Shown here piece after piece: positions 1 through 8,852 of a stretch of DNA of 64,000 nt. The stretch's first letter is position 1; the number at the start of each line of letters is the position of its first letter. The stretch spans positions 142,337 through 206,336 of the forward strand of contig JAKLGL010000002.1 of assembly GCA_022710645.1 (NCBI GenBank), given 5' to 3'. This stretch comes from Patescibacteria group bacterium. GTDB lineage: Bacteria > Patescibacteriota > Patescibacteriia > Magasanikbacterales > GWA2-37-8. The notes under the pieces were generated by a model. It was not told the DNA's origin, searched no databases, and saw only the letters and a program-made list of their open reading frames with translations. Both the position numbers and the translations under genes were made by a program.

Positions 1-891
1 GGTTCATCACTGTCCGGATTAGTTCCTTTGATTTCCGGCAAATCGGTAGGAGCTGGCAAATAAGCGACTACAGCATCAAGACCAAGTTGAACGCCGATAT
101 TGCTCAAAGCACTGCCACACATAACCGGGAATATTCTTCCGGCAATAACCATTTCACGAATATTTTTACGAATTTCTTCAATGGAAAATGTTTCGCCATT
201 CAAAAATTTAGCCATTGAATCATCATTGGCTTCGGCGATTTTTTCTATCATTTCCGCGCGATATTTTTTTACTTCTTCTTTCAATTCTTCCGGAATCGGA
301 ATTTCAATGATATTTTCACCATTTTTACCTTCAAATTTAAAAGCTTTTTCTTCAATCAAATCGATAATACCGGAAAAAGTTCCTTCCGCGCCAATAGGTA
401 ATTGAATAGCAACGGCATTTTTACTTAAACGCTCCTTAATGGAAGCTAAGCTCATATAAAAGTCAGCGCCCATTTTGTCCATTTTATTTACAAAAGCAAT
501 ACGCGGAACATTATATTTGTCGGCTTGATGCCAAACAGTTTCAGATTGAGGTTCCACACCTTGAGATCCGTCAAACAAAGCGCAGGCTCCGTCAAGTACG
601 CGCAAAGAGCGTTCTACTTCAACGGTAAAATCAACGTGTCCGGGAGTATCGATAAGGTTGATACGATGACCTTTCCAAAAACAAGTTGTAGCGGCAGAAG
701 TAATAGTAATACCACGTTCTTTTTCTTGTTCCATCCAATCCATTTCCGCAGCACCTTCATGTACTTCACCGATTTTATGTTTGCGTCCGGTATAAAACAA
801 AACGCGTTCGGAAAAAGTTGTTTTACCGGCATCGATGTGAGCCATGATACCGATATTTCTGGTTTTATCCAAAGGATATTCGCGAGGCATA
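1..891 (-). CDS. fusA: Elongation factor G, N-terminal part; the gene continues past the window start
   Basis: Minus-strand translation from the ATG at 889-891 reads [25 protein letters not shown]...DTPGHVDFT, the GTPase G1-G3 motifs. The ORF runs off the window start with no stop. The listed + ORF 525..896 is antisense to it. Confidence 0.9.
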
Positions 892-956
892 ATTAAAATT
901 TATTTAAGAAATTTAATGTTTATCCCGAAGTAAATTCGGAATGACACTTCGTGTCA

Positions 957-1433
957 TTATTTGGCAAATCTGGCAAAATGAGCGAAAGCTTTGTTAGCTT
1001 CAGCCATTCTATGAACATCATCACGTTTCTTGATAGCATCACCCAATCCTTGAGATGCTTCAAATAAAACAGTTGCCAATTTTTGCGCCATCGGTTGTCC
1101 TTTTTTTGCTTGAGCGGCTCCGATAATCCAACGGAAAGCCAAAGAATTTTGGCGTTCACCGCGAACTGGTAGCGGAACTTGATAATTAGCACCACCGACT
1201 CTTTTGGAACGGACTTCCACTTGAGGAGATACGGTACGAATAGCTTCTTCAAAAACCACCAAAGCGTCTTTTTTGGCTAATTCGGAAATTTTATCCAAAG
1301 CTTCGTAAACTATTGCTTGAGCGACGGTTTTTTTACCTCGTTGCATTACATAATTGATAAATTTAGCAAGCAAGACACTGCCATATTTCGGGTCCGGAGT
1401 AATGCTTCTTTTTATTGCTTTTTTTCCACGCAT
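957..1433 (-). CDS. rpsG: 30S ribosomal protein S7
   Basis: 158 aa, MRGKKAIKRSITPDPKYGS...; a typical S7 sequence lying in the str-operon position between rpsL and fusA. Confidence 0.95.
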   Translation of the reverse strand: MRGKKAIKRSITPDPKYGSVLLAKFINYVMQRGKKTVAQAIVYEALDKISELAKKDALVVFEEAIRTVSPQVEVRSKRVGGANYQVPLPVRGERQNSLAFRWIIGAAQAKKGQPMAQKLATVLFEASQGLGDAIKKRDDVHRMAEANKAFAHFARFAK

Positions 1434-1466
1434 ATATTAAATACTTTAATTTATAGTAAACTTACA

Positions 1467-1895
1467 TTATGCTTTTTTGGCTTTCGGTCTCTTGCTGCCA
1501 TAAAGACTGCGACCGCGACGACGACTTTCGATACCTTGAGTATCGTAAACACCGCGAACGATATGATAACGAACACCAGGTAAATCTTTTACGCGACCGC
1601 CGCGAATAAGTACGATGGAGTGTTCTTGAAGATTGTGTCCTTCTCCCGGAATATAAGCGATAACTTCCACACCATTGCTCAAACGAACTTTGGCGACTTT
1701 ACGCAAAGCGGAGTTAGGTTTTTTCGGAGTGGTAGTATAAACTTTGGTACATACTCCGCGTTTAAAAGCACAACCTTTGGCAAAAACTGTTTTACGACGA
1801 TGTAAATTATCAATCGTAAATTGCATTGCCGGATTTTTGCTTTTAACCACTTTGCTTTTGCGGCCTTTTCTAATTATTTGGTTAATTGTAGGCAT
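1467..1895 (-). CDS. rpsL: 30S ribosomal protein S12, with an approximately 15-aa insertion after the conserved PA(L/M) motif
   Basis: 142 aa, [13 protein letters not shown]...[23 protein letters not shown]...[20 protein letters not shown]. It is longer than the usual ~124 aa because of an extra segment [20 protein letters not shown]. Confidence 0.95.
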   Translation of the reverse strand: MPTINQIIRKGRKSKVVKSKNPAMQFTIDNLHRRKTVFAKGCAFKRGVCTKVYTTTPKKPNSALRKVAKVRLSNGVEVIAYIPGEGHNLQEHSIVLIRGGRVKDLPGVRYHIVRGVYDTQGIESRRRGRSLYGSKRPKAKKA

Positions 1896-2075
1896 AAAAT
1901 GCTTTAAATTTTAGCTCTTTAAAAGAGCTAATTTATAAATTATTAAACAAAAAAACAACGTTATAAAATCAGCCACGATTTCTTAACGTTTTTTAGACGT
2001 TTACGTTCGAATAAAATGATATCAAACTACCCAAAAAAAGTCAAGGGGTGTTTCATGAATAAAAAGTGCCATCTC

Positions 2076-2146
2076 TCACGGGGTTTACCCTGTGAACTCC
2101 TGCCTATGGCAGGTTCACCCCGATTTTACATCGGGGTGAAAGTTCA
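2076..2146. ncRNA. Candidate structured RNA or palindromic element: a 15-bp outer stem enclosing two inner hairpins, giving a three-way junction
   Basis: GGTTTACCCTGTGAACT pairs with AGTTCACAGGGTAAA; inside are CCTGCC-tat-GGCAGG and TTCACCCCGAT-tttac-ATCGGGGTGAA. The strand is undetermined. It lies between a small ORF and the str operon. Confidence 0.35.
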
Positions 2147-2185
2147 CAGGGTAAATAAAAAAGCGCCACCTAAATAAAGTAACGC

Positions 2186-2413
2186 TTAGAGTTTGCTGAA
2201 ATTTTTTTCAAAGAATTTTTTTTGGTAGTTGATAAATTTATCCACTCCTGGATCTTCGTTTGTGAAAAAAACAGGGGTAAACTCATATATTCCATCCACT
2301 TCGCAAGAATCTCCTTTTTTACATTCATCTTTTGATACTTTTACACTATCGCTTTTGTCTCCATCTTGCATAACAACCTCCAAAAAAAATAAAATAAAAA
2401 AATAAAAGAACAT
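2186..2413 (-). CDS. Hypothetical small protein with a hydrophobic N-terminus and four cysteines
   Basis: 75-aa ORF with no recognisable Shine-Dalgarno sequence and no detectable homology. Confidence 0.3.
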   Translation of the reverse strand: MFFYFFILFFLEVVMQDGDKSDSVKVSKDECKKGDSCEVDGIYEFTPVFFTNEDPGVDKFINYQKKFFEKNFSKL

Positions 2414-2553
2414 CTTAAATTACACTACTTTTACTCTTTTGTCAATCTTCCGTGGTGGATAAAAAAAGCCGCCTATACTTTGGATAAATATAAGCGGCTT
2501 TTATTGACTCGGACAAGGACTAGGGTCCGGGTTTTCGATGGTTTGCATAAGCG

Positions 2554-2811
2554 TTAATTATGCTTGGCAAGGCGTTCTTTCCTTTGGAAATAGAATGTAG
2601 TCATGACAGTGCCCAGGGCACAGCCGACCGCATACAATCCCACTACCTGCCAATTTTGGATATCGGCCACAATGGTCTGTAGCACATAATACCAAATTAA
2701 GATGTTGAAAATGGTCACGATTCCACTGCCCAAAATATGGTTGGTTGACACCAATTTGGTCCAGGTAGAAACAATGAGCATCTCCAAAATTCCTACAAAA
2801 AATAACATCAT
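2554..2811 (-). CDS. Hypothetical small membrane protein
   Basis: 85-aa ORF predicted to have two or three hydrophobic helices. The overlapping alternative frame 2558..2821 is judged less protein-like. Confidence 0.4.
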   Translation of the reverse strand: MMLFFVGILEMLIVSTWTKLVSTNHILGSGIVTIFNILIWYYVLQTIVADIQNWQVVGLYAVGCALGTVMTTFYFQRKERLAKHN

Positions 2812-2980
2812 AGGCGTTCAAAGGTTACTTTTTTGTTAAAGACCGACCTTTTGGCCAATTTTAGCTAAATTTGGCAAAAATTAGCTCTCGGGCAAATTAA
2901 AATACGCCTTTTTCGACGCATTCTCAATTTGTCCGTAAAATTATACCAAAAATCCTGTTTTTGGTCAAGGACCAAAAACC

Positions 2981-3041
2981 AATTACAGAGATTGCAAATC
3001 CTGCCTGCCGGCAGGCAGGATAACAGAAATTACAAAGATTG
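2981..3041. repeat. Perfect 20-bp palindrome CCTGCCTGCCGGCAGGCAGG flanked by 13-bp direct repeats ATTACA(G/A)AGATTG
   Basis: The palindrome is at 3001-3020. The same 20-mer recurs at 45341-45360 and a related CCTGCC...GGCAGG hairpin at 2097-2111. Confidence 0.6.
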
Positions 3042-3087
3042 TTACCTTAATAATTTTCTTCACAACGACCCACCCTAGCCGTCTTTT

Positions 3088-3118
3088 TTTATATTTAAAA
3101 ATCGCCAAATTGGCGATT
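3088..3118 (-). terminator. Rho-independent terminator after the EndoQ-like gene
   Basis: Perfect hairpin AATCGCCAAA|TTTGGCGATT followed on the minus strand by a T-run. Confidence 0.5.
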
Positions 3119-3153
3119 AATAAATTTCTGTAATTTTTGCAATTTTTGTAATC

Positions 3154-4422
3154 TTAAATCAATTGTTCCTGTATCGGCTTTCGGACATCTTTCTCCCCTA
3201 TCAGTCCAATTTTCCCAAACACCCCATCATATCCCGGTTGAAGACCCACCCTGCCTGTGCGCATATTATTTATCGCCAGCCAAAGTTCCGGATAATGGGT
3301 ATACTTTTTTATCTCCTGCTCACCGGCTTTGAGTAAAATATAAAATTCACTGCCGATATTTTGGAGCAAATGTTCATATTCAACCACAACTTTTTTGGAT
3401 TTTGGACCGACTTCCAAAATCTGCGACAAAATTTCCGCCAAAGGCACGATATATTTGTAAGGAATAAATTTTTCCCACGGAATATCAGCCGCTTCCCTGT
3501 CAGCCAAATCGTCCACACGATGTTCCACACCGATAACCAACGGTTTTTTGCATTTCGGACAAATATTTTTTTCTTTTTTACTTTGTTTGGGCGACAAACA
3601 CACTCCACAAGTCGCGTGTCCATCGTATTGATACTTCCCTTCTTCGGGATAAAATTCAATAGTGTATAAAAATTTCTTTTTATCTCCGGTTTTCAAAATA
3701 TTTACGATATTGTCGTAAGTAATTTCTTTTTCACTTTCAAAATTGAAAACATTGGCCTCGCGTCCGAGCTTGTCCAAACTGTGCGCGTCGGAATTGGAAA
3801 TCAAAACAATATTATCCAAGGCACATAGCCGTCTGTTCATCACCACATCACTGCTTAAACCGGTTTCAATAGCTGTGATATGCGGAGTCAATTCTTCAAA
3901 ACATTCTTTGATACTGTCATAACCTGACTTGGAACCGAAAATGGCAAACCACGGAGTCCAAGCGTGCGCCGGAACCATAAAACAGCGTTTATCCGCGCGC
4001 AAAATAAGTTCCAATAATTTTTTCGCAGATAAGCCAATGATCGGCCGGCCATCAGCTTTACGATTAAAACCAAGATTATCAAAATCAGCGTTTATTTTTT
4101 CCACTGCTTCAAAACTCGGAGCAAAAATTAACAGATGCACTCGTCGGCATTTTTCTTTGTCGCGGTAAATACAAGAAATTTCCGTGCCCAAGATAAAACG
4201 AGTCGGATTTTTTTCATTCTTCAATTCAAACAAACCGCTATCACTGACTTCCTGCAATTCTTTTTGAATATGTTCAAACCATTTCGGATGCGTAAAATCA
4301 CCGGTGGCAACAATATCTATCCCTTTTTTGAGACACATTGTCGCGATTTTGGGTAACTCCAAATCCCGGCTACAAGCGCGGGAATATCGAGAATGGATGT
4401 GTAAATCAAGTATCTTTTCCAT
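3154..4422 (-). CDS. PHP-domain nuclease with a C-terminal zinc ribbon, endonuclease Q-like
   Basis: From the internal Met the protein reads MEKILDLHIHSRYSRACS..., a PHP-type histidine motif, and carries CGVCLSPK...CPKCKK. The ORF extends upstream to 4554, but the start at 4422 is the more plausible one. Confidence 0.6.
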   Translation of the reverse strand: MEKILDLHIHSRYSRACSRDLELPKIATMCLKKGIDIVATGDFTHPKWFEHIQKELQEVSDSGLFELKNEKNPTRFILGTEISCIYRDKEKCRRVHLLIFAPSFEAVEKINADFDNLGFNRKADGRPIIGLSAKKLLELILRADKRCFMVPAHAWTPWFAIFGSKSGYDSIKECFEELTPHITAIETGLSSDVVMNRRLCALDNIVLISNSDAHSLDKLGREANVFNFESEKEITYDNIVNILKTGDKKKFLYTIEFYPEEGKYQYDGHATCGVCLSPKQSKKEKNICPKCKKPLVIGVEHRVDDLADREAADIPWEKFIPYKYIVPLAEILSQILEVGPKSKKVVVEYEHLLQNIGSEFYILLKAGEQEIKKYTHYPELWLAINNMRTGRVGLQPGYDGVFGKIGLIGEKDVRKPIQEQLI

Positions 4423-4501
4423 AGTAAAATCATTATAACAGGGGTTTAAAAATAAAAAAAGCCCCGCACGGACGAACCAATGCGGGATTAAGAACAAATT
4501 T

Positions 4502-4927
4502 TTATTCTCTGGCCAAAAAGATACAAGACTCTGGCCATGTAGAATTCCAATCATGAAACTCTAAATACCTTTTACCATCTGATCTTTTTACTAAACAAAC
4601 GACTCTCTTCGGTTTGGCTGTATTAGGAAAATCAAAGATTTTTCCCAAAGCAACGACTACCCTTTCTTCACTTTTGAAACGCTCTGCCCAAAAAACAAGA
4701 TCTGCCACATCTGCTGGCTTCTCTGTTTGATTTTCTAAAAAAATTACTACATTTTTTGAAGAAATAGGAAAACCAAAAGGATATGCCTTAAGATTAATAT
4801 TCTCCGCCATACCTTCAGGATAAGAAATAAAATCCTCTGCAAAATCATAAGCTTTCCCCTTCATTTGTTCTATGGGTATAGAACGATCAACATAAACCAA
4901 AGATGTTTTTGGCATTTTTATCTCCAT
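4502..4927 (-). CDS. Hypothetical protein
   Basis: 141-aa ORF on the same strand as its neighbours; no motif recognised. Confidence 0.5.
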   Translation of the reverse strand: MEIKMPKTSLVYVDRSIPIEQMKGKAYDFAEDFISYPEGMAENINLKAYPFGFPISSKNVVIFLENQTEKPADVADLVFWAERFKSEERVVVALGKIFDFPNTAKPKRVVCLVKRSDGKRYLEFHDWNSTWPESCIFLARE

Positions 4928-4989
4928 TAATTTTTAATAAAAAGAACATTGTAATTTAAACAAAAAAACAAGGTTTTGTCAACCTTGTT

Positions 4990-5646
4990 TTAATCAATAA
5001 AATTTTTTGGCAAAGGCATTTCCAGAACCACATCCTTGTCACCTGTCGCAGTTTTGAAAGTCAATTTATCCGCAAACAAGGCAATACTTTTATCAGGCAA
5101 CGGATTTTTTGCTCCGTATTTAATATCGCCAACAAGCGGATGACCAAGGTGCGCGAATTGCGCGCGGATTTGATGATGGCGTCCGGTTTTGAGATTTATT
5201 TTTACCAAAGTATTTCCTTTTATTTCTTTTATCACTTCGTAATCCAATTCGGCTCGTTGACTATCCGGAACTTCTCTGTCAAAAATTTCCGCTTTATTAT
5301 TTTTTTCATTATGTTTGAGAAAATTTATCAGCGTACCTTTTCGATTTTTCAATTTCCCTTCCACCAGCGCGGAATATTCTTTTTTCATTTCATGATTACG
5401 GATCTGTTCGGATAATCGTGATGCGCCTTTGCTGGTTTTGGCAAATAAAACAATTCCGCTAACCGGCCGGTCAAGACGATGAAGCAAACCCAGGAAAACA
5501 TTGCCGGTTTTTTTATATTTTTCTTTGAGATAATCTTTGACTTCATCCATCAGACAAACATCGCCGGTTTCGTCCCCCTGGGTCGCCAAACCCGCCGGTT
5601 TGAGGACGGCAATGAGATGGTTGTCTTCGTATAAAACTTTAAGCAT
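4990..5646 (-). CDS. RluA-family pseudouridine synthase
   Basis: HRLDRPVSGIVLFAKT... matches the RluA catalytic aspartate motif; a start at MLKVLYEDNHLIAV is likely. Confidence 0.8.
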   Translation of the reverse strand: MLKVLYEDNHLIAVLKPAGLATQGDETGDVCLMDEVKDYLKEKYKKTGNVFLGLLHRLDRPVSGIVLFAKTSKGASRLSEQIRNHEMKKEYSALVEGKLKNRKGTLINFLKHNEKNNKAEIFDREVPDSQRAELDYEVIKEIKGNTLVKINLKTGRHHQIRAQFAHLGHPLVGDIKYGAKNPLPDKSIALFADKLTFKTATGDKDVVLEMPLPKNFID

Positions 5647-5655
5647 AAGACATTT

Positions 5656-5742
5656 TGTCATCCTGAACGCAGTGAAGGATCTGCAAGCAAGATAATTGCT
5701 TTTTACAGATTCTTCTCCGCCTGAGGCGGATCAGAATGACAG
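5656..5742. repeat. About 85-bp imperfect palindromic intergenic element, copy 1
   Basis: TGTCATCCTGAACGCAGTGAAGGATCTGCAAG...TTACAGATTCTTCTCCGCCTGAGGCGGATCAGAATGACAGG. The reverse complement matches the copy at 9666-9746. Confidence 0.7.
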
Positions 5743-5798
5743 GACTATTTTATCTATTTTATGCTATAATAATATTACTAATTCTTAATTAAATCAAT

Positions 5799-6023
5799 AT
5801 GATTGGACAATTGGCATTTTCCCAAATCCTCGGGTTGCCAGCCGTGGCCTGGGGCGGGATGTTCACATTTCTTTGTTTTCTTTTTACCGCTTACATCGGT
5901 TATAAAAATACTCACGGCAATATGACCATTCCACCAAAATGGCATTTCCTCATGGCTTATATCTCTTTGGCTTTGGGGTTGTTTCATGGGCTTTTGGGCA
6001 TGCTGGCGTTTTTGGGATATTAA
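5799..6023 (+). CDS. Small membrane protein of 74 aa
   Basis: Two hydrophobic helices, followed immediately by a strong terminator. Confidence 0.5.
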   Translation: MIGQLAFSQILGLPAVAWGGMFTFLCFLFTAYIGYKNTHGNMTIPPKWHFLMAYISLALGLFHGLLGMLAFLGY

Positions 6024-6036
6024 AATTTTCAATTTT

Positions 6037-6062
6037 AAAACCGCCCAACCGGGCGGTTTTTT
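6037..6062. terminator. Bidirectional rho-independent terminator
   Basis: AAAACCGCCCAACCGGGCGGTTTTTT. Confidence 0.7.
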
Positions 6063-6068
6063 AATCTT

Positions 6069-6096
6069 TGTAATCTCTGCAATTTTTGCAATCTTA
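6069..6096 (-). repeat. 3'-UTR motif TTGTAATCTCTGCAATTTTTGCAATCTTA overlapping the rlmI stop codon
   Basis: Closely related to 3129-3156, CTGTAATTTTTGCAATTTTTGTAATCTTA, which overlaps the EndoQ-like stop codon, and to the flanks of the 3001 palindrome. Confidence 0.5.
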
Positions 6097-7011
6097 TTCA
6101 CTCCATCTCCCAAAAATCCCGCACGGCAAAAGTCGTCCGCTTTTTTCCCCATCACCAGAACTTCGTTCGGTGAGGGGCCCTGCCTCTTCAATCGTGAGTG
6201 CCCCAATCTCAATACTGCCTCCAAATTTTTTCTGCATCGGCAACAAACAATTTCCATACGCAATTGCCGAATATCCGGAAGCATAGCCGTTGATAAGATA
6301 AAACAAAGGTTTGTCAGTCAAAATTTGTTGTGTCGCGTCAAGTAATTTCAAAAAATCCTCTTCTATTTTCCACATCTCCCCTGTCGGACCATGCCCGAAT
6401 GCCGGCGGATCCATGATGATGCCGTCGTATTTTTTTCCGCGTTTAATTTCACGTTTTACAAATTCCATCGCATCATCCAATATCCAGCGGATAGGCTTAT
6501 CAGCAAGTCCGGAAATTTCCGCATTGTCGCGTCCCCAACCAATCGCGCTCTTGCTACCGTCCACATGGCAAACTTTCGCCCCATGTTTGGCTGCATATAA
6601 ACTCGCACCACCGGTATAACCGAATAAATTCAAAACATTAACTTCCTCACCTTTTTTTGTTCTTTCTTCAATCAATTTACCAAACCATTTCCAGTTGGTC
6701 GCTTGCTCGGGAAATAATCCCGTGTGTTTAAAAGCACTGGGCTTAATCCAAAATTTTAAACCTTCATATTCTATCATCCAGCGTTTTTCTATTTCACGAT
6801 TAAACTTCCAATCCGCATCACGACCACTTCGTTGAAAATAAGCATCAACACTTTTCCATTCTTTATCATTCAGAGATTTTGGCCAAAGCGCTTGCGGATC
6901 AGGACGACTCAAAACTACATCGCCATAGCGCTCCATTTTTTCTCCATCTCCACTATCAAGCAAGGCGTAATCTTTGCTTGGTTTAATATTTTCAATAATA
7001 GGATTTAACAT
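6094..7011 (-). CDS. Class I SAM-dependent rRNA methyltransferase, RlmI/RlmK-like
   Basis: NLFGYTGGASLYAAKHGAKVCHVDGS...YDGIIMDPPAFG gives the SAM motif I and the DPPxF motif IV. Confidence 0.75.
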   Translation of the reverse strand: MLNPIIENIKPSKDYALLDSGDGEKMERYGDVVLSRPDPQALWPKSLNDKEWKSVDAYFQRSGRDADWKFNREIEKRWMIEYEGLKFWIKPSAFKHTGLFPEQATNWKWFGKLIEERTKKGEEVNVLNLFGYTGGASLYAAKHGAKVCHVDGSKSAIGWGRDNAEISGLADKPIRWILDDAMEFVKREIKRGKKYDGIIMDPPAFGHGPTGEMWKIEEDFLKLLDATQQILTDKPLFYLINGYASGYSAIAYGNCLLPMQKKFGGSIEIGALTIEEAGPLTERSSGDGEKSGRLLPCGIFGRWSE

Positions 7012-7022
7012 AATATAGAAGA

Positions 7023-8843
7023 TTATTCCACTGTCACACTCTTGGCCAAATTTCTTGGCCTATCCACATCCTTACCAAGCGCGACAGTGATATAATAAGC
7101 AAAAAGTTGAAGTGGTAAAGTATTGAGTAATGGTTCGAGAAGTTCCATAGTCGGCGGAACATAAATCACACCCTCTGTTAAATGTTTTATTTCTTCATCA
7201 CCCTCTGTCGCCAATACGATTATTTTCGCTTTTCGCGCTTTAGCTTCGGTGATATTGCTAACCATTTTTTCATACAACTGATTTTTGGTCGCAATCGCAA
7301 AAACCGGAAAATCTTCGTCAAGAAGAGATATCGGTCCATGTTTCATCTCTCCACCAGGATAAGCTTCGCTATGAATATAAGAAATTTCTTTGAGTTTCAA
7401 AGACCCTTCCAACGCTACCGGATAATTTATTCCACGACCGAGAAAATAAAAGTCTCTATACTCTTTATATTTGAGTGCGATTTCTTTTATTTTATCGTTT
7501 TGTTTTAAAATCAAATTCATTTTTTCCGGAATTTCTTTTATCGCGGAAATTAATCTTTGACCGGTAGCCAAAGATAATTTATTATTGCGACCAAATTGAA
7601 TCGCGTATAAAATCAAAATCGCCACCATGTTGGTATAGGCTTTGGTAGAAGCCACAGCAAGCTCCGGGCCGGCGTGAATATAAGTTCCACCATCTGTTTC
7701 TCGCGCTATTGTAGAACCTACCACATTGATAATACCGCGAATATATGCGCCCTTACGCTTAGCTTCACGCAAAGCTGCCAAAGTATCAGCAGTTTCTCCG
7801 GATTGAGAGATACCAAAAACCAAAGTGTGTTCGTCAACTATCGGATCTTTGTAACGAAACTCGGATGCAATTTCTACATCAGTTGGAATTCCCGCCAATC
7901 TTTCAAAAGCAAATTTTCCCACTTGTCCGGCATATGAAGCTGTTCCGCAAGCTATCAAAATAATTCTATTTATACTCTTCATTTGTTCCGGAGTCATATT
8001 GAGACCTCCAAGCACTGCCGTACCTTCTTCAAAATTAATACGTCCGGCAATCGCATCTTCAAAAACAGTCGGTTGATCAAAAATTTCTTTCAACATAAAA
8101 TGCGGAAACCCTTGCTTTTGCGCTTGCTCTTCGTTCCAATCCAATTCTTCTATTTTCTTTTTCACTTTTTGATCTTTGAGATTGTAAATTTGCAAAGAAT
8201 TTTCCGTAATTTCCGCCACCTCACCATCGTTGAGAAATACGACTTGTTTGGTATAAGGTAAAATCGGCGAAGCATCGGAAGCCAAAAAATATTCTTCATC
8301 TCCTATTCCAATAACCAAGGGACTGCCCAAACGAGCGGCTACCATTTTTTTCGGTTCTTTGGCATGAATAGCCACCAAACCGTAAGTTCCGCGAACTAGA
8401 AGCAAAGATTTGACTACTGCATCTTTGAGATCTCCGGAAAAATTTTTTTCTATCAAATGCGCCAAAATTTCCGTATCGGTTTCCGAAGTTATTTTATGAT
8501 CTCCCAATTCTTTTTTTATTTCGCGATAATTTTCTATGATTCCGTTATGCACTATCATCAATTTGTCATCACAACCACTATGCGGATGTGTGTTATTTTC
8601 CGTCACTCCGCCGTGAGTCGCCCAACGAGTATGCGCAATACCAATAGTGCTATTTAATTTTTCATTTTTAATTTTCTCCGATAAATTATCAACTTTACCT
8701 ATAGCACGAAAACGCACCAAATTATCATTTTGTAAGACAGCCAGTCCGGCACTATCATAACCGCGATATTCCAAACGACGCAACCCGTTGAGTAAAATAG
8801 GGGTTGCTTGTTTTTTGCCAATATAAGCCATGATGCCACACAT
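7023..8843 (-). CDS. glmS: Glutamine--fructose-6-phosphate aminotransferase
   Basis: 606 aa, MCGIMAYIG with the N-terminal nucleophilic Cys, two SIS domains, and a C-terminal ...SVTVE. Confidence 0.95.
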   Translation of the reverse strand: MCGIMAYIGKKQATPILLNGLRRLEYRGYDSAGLAVLQNDNLVRFRAIGKVDNLSEKIKNEKLNSTIGIAHTRWATHGGVTENNTHPHSGCDDKLMIVHNGIIENYREIKKELGDHKITSETDTEILAHLIEKNFSGDLKDAVVKSLLLVRGTYGLVAIHAKEPKKMVAARLGSPLVIGIGDEEYFLASDASPILPYTKQVVFLNDGEVAEITENSLQIYNLKDQKVKKKIEELDWNEEQAQKQGFPHFMLKEIFDQPTVFEDAIAGRINFEEGTAVLGGLNMTPEQMKSINRIILIACGTASYAGQVGKFAFERLAGIPTDVEIASEFRYKDPIVDEHTLVFGISQSGETADTLAALREAKRKGAYIRGIINVVGSTIARETDGGTYIHAGPELAVASTKAYTNMVAILILYAIQFGRNNKLSLATGQRLISAIKEIPEKMNLILKQNDKIKEIALKYKEYRDFYFLGRGINYPVALEGSLKLKEISYIHSEAYPGGEMKHGPISLLDEDFPVFAIATKNQLYEKMVSNITEAKARKAKIIVLATEGDEEIKHLTEGVIYVPPTMELLEPLLNTLPLQLFAYYITVALGKDVDRPRNLAKSVTVE

Positions 8844-8852
8844 ACAATGACA

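Noticed and set aside
525-896. + strand ORF of 123 aa
   Set aside because: It lies antisense within the clearly coding fusA (EF-G) N-terminus on the minus strand, so it is spurious.
3361-4356. + strand ORFs 3361..3669, 3929..4168 and 4135..4356
   Set aside because: They are antisense within the EndoQ-like CDS and show low-complexity translations.
5778-6345. ORFs 5778..6284 (-), 5986..6345 (+) and 6086..6286 (+)
   Set aside because: They overlap the RlmI-like methyltransferase 3' region and the terminator, show no coding signal, and have biased composition.
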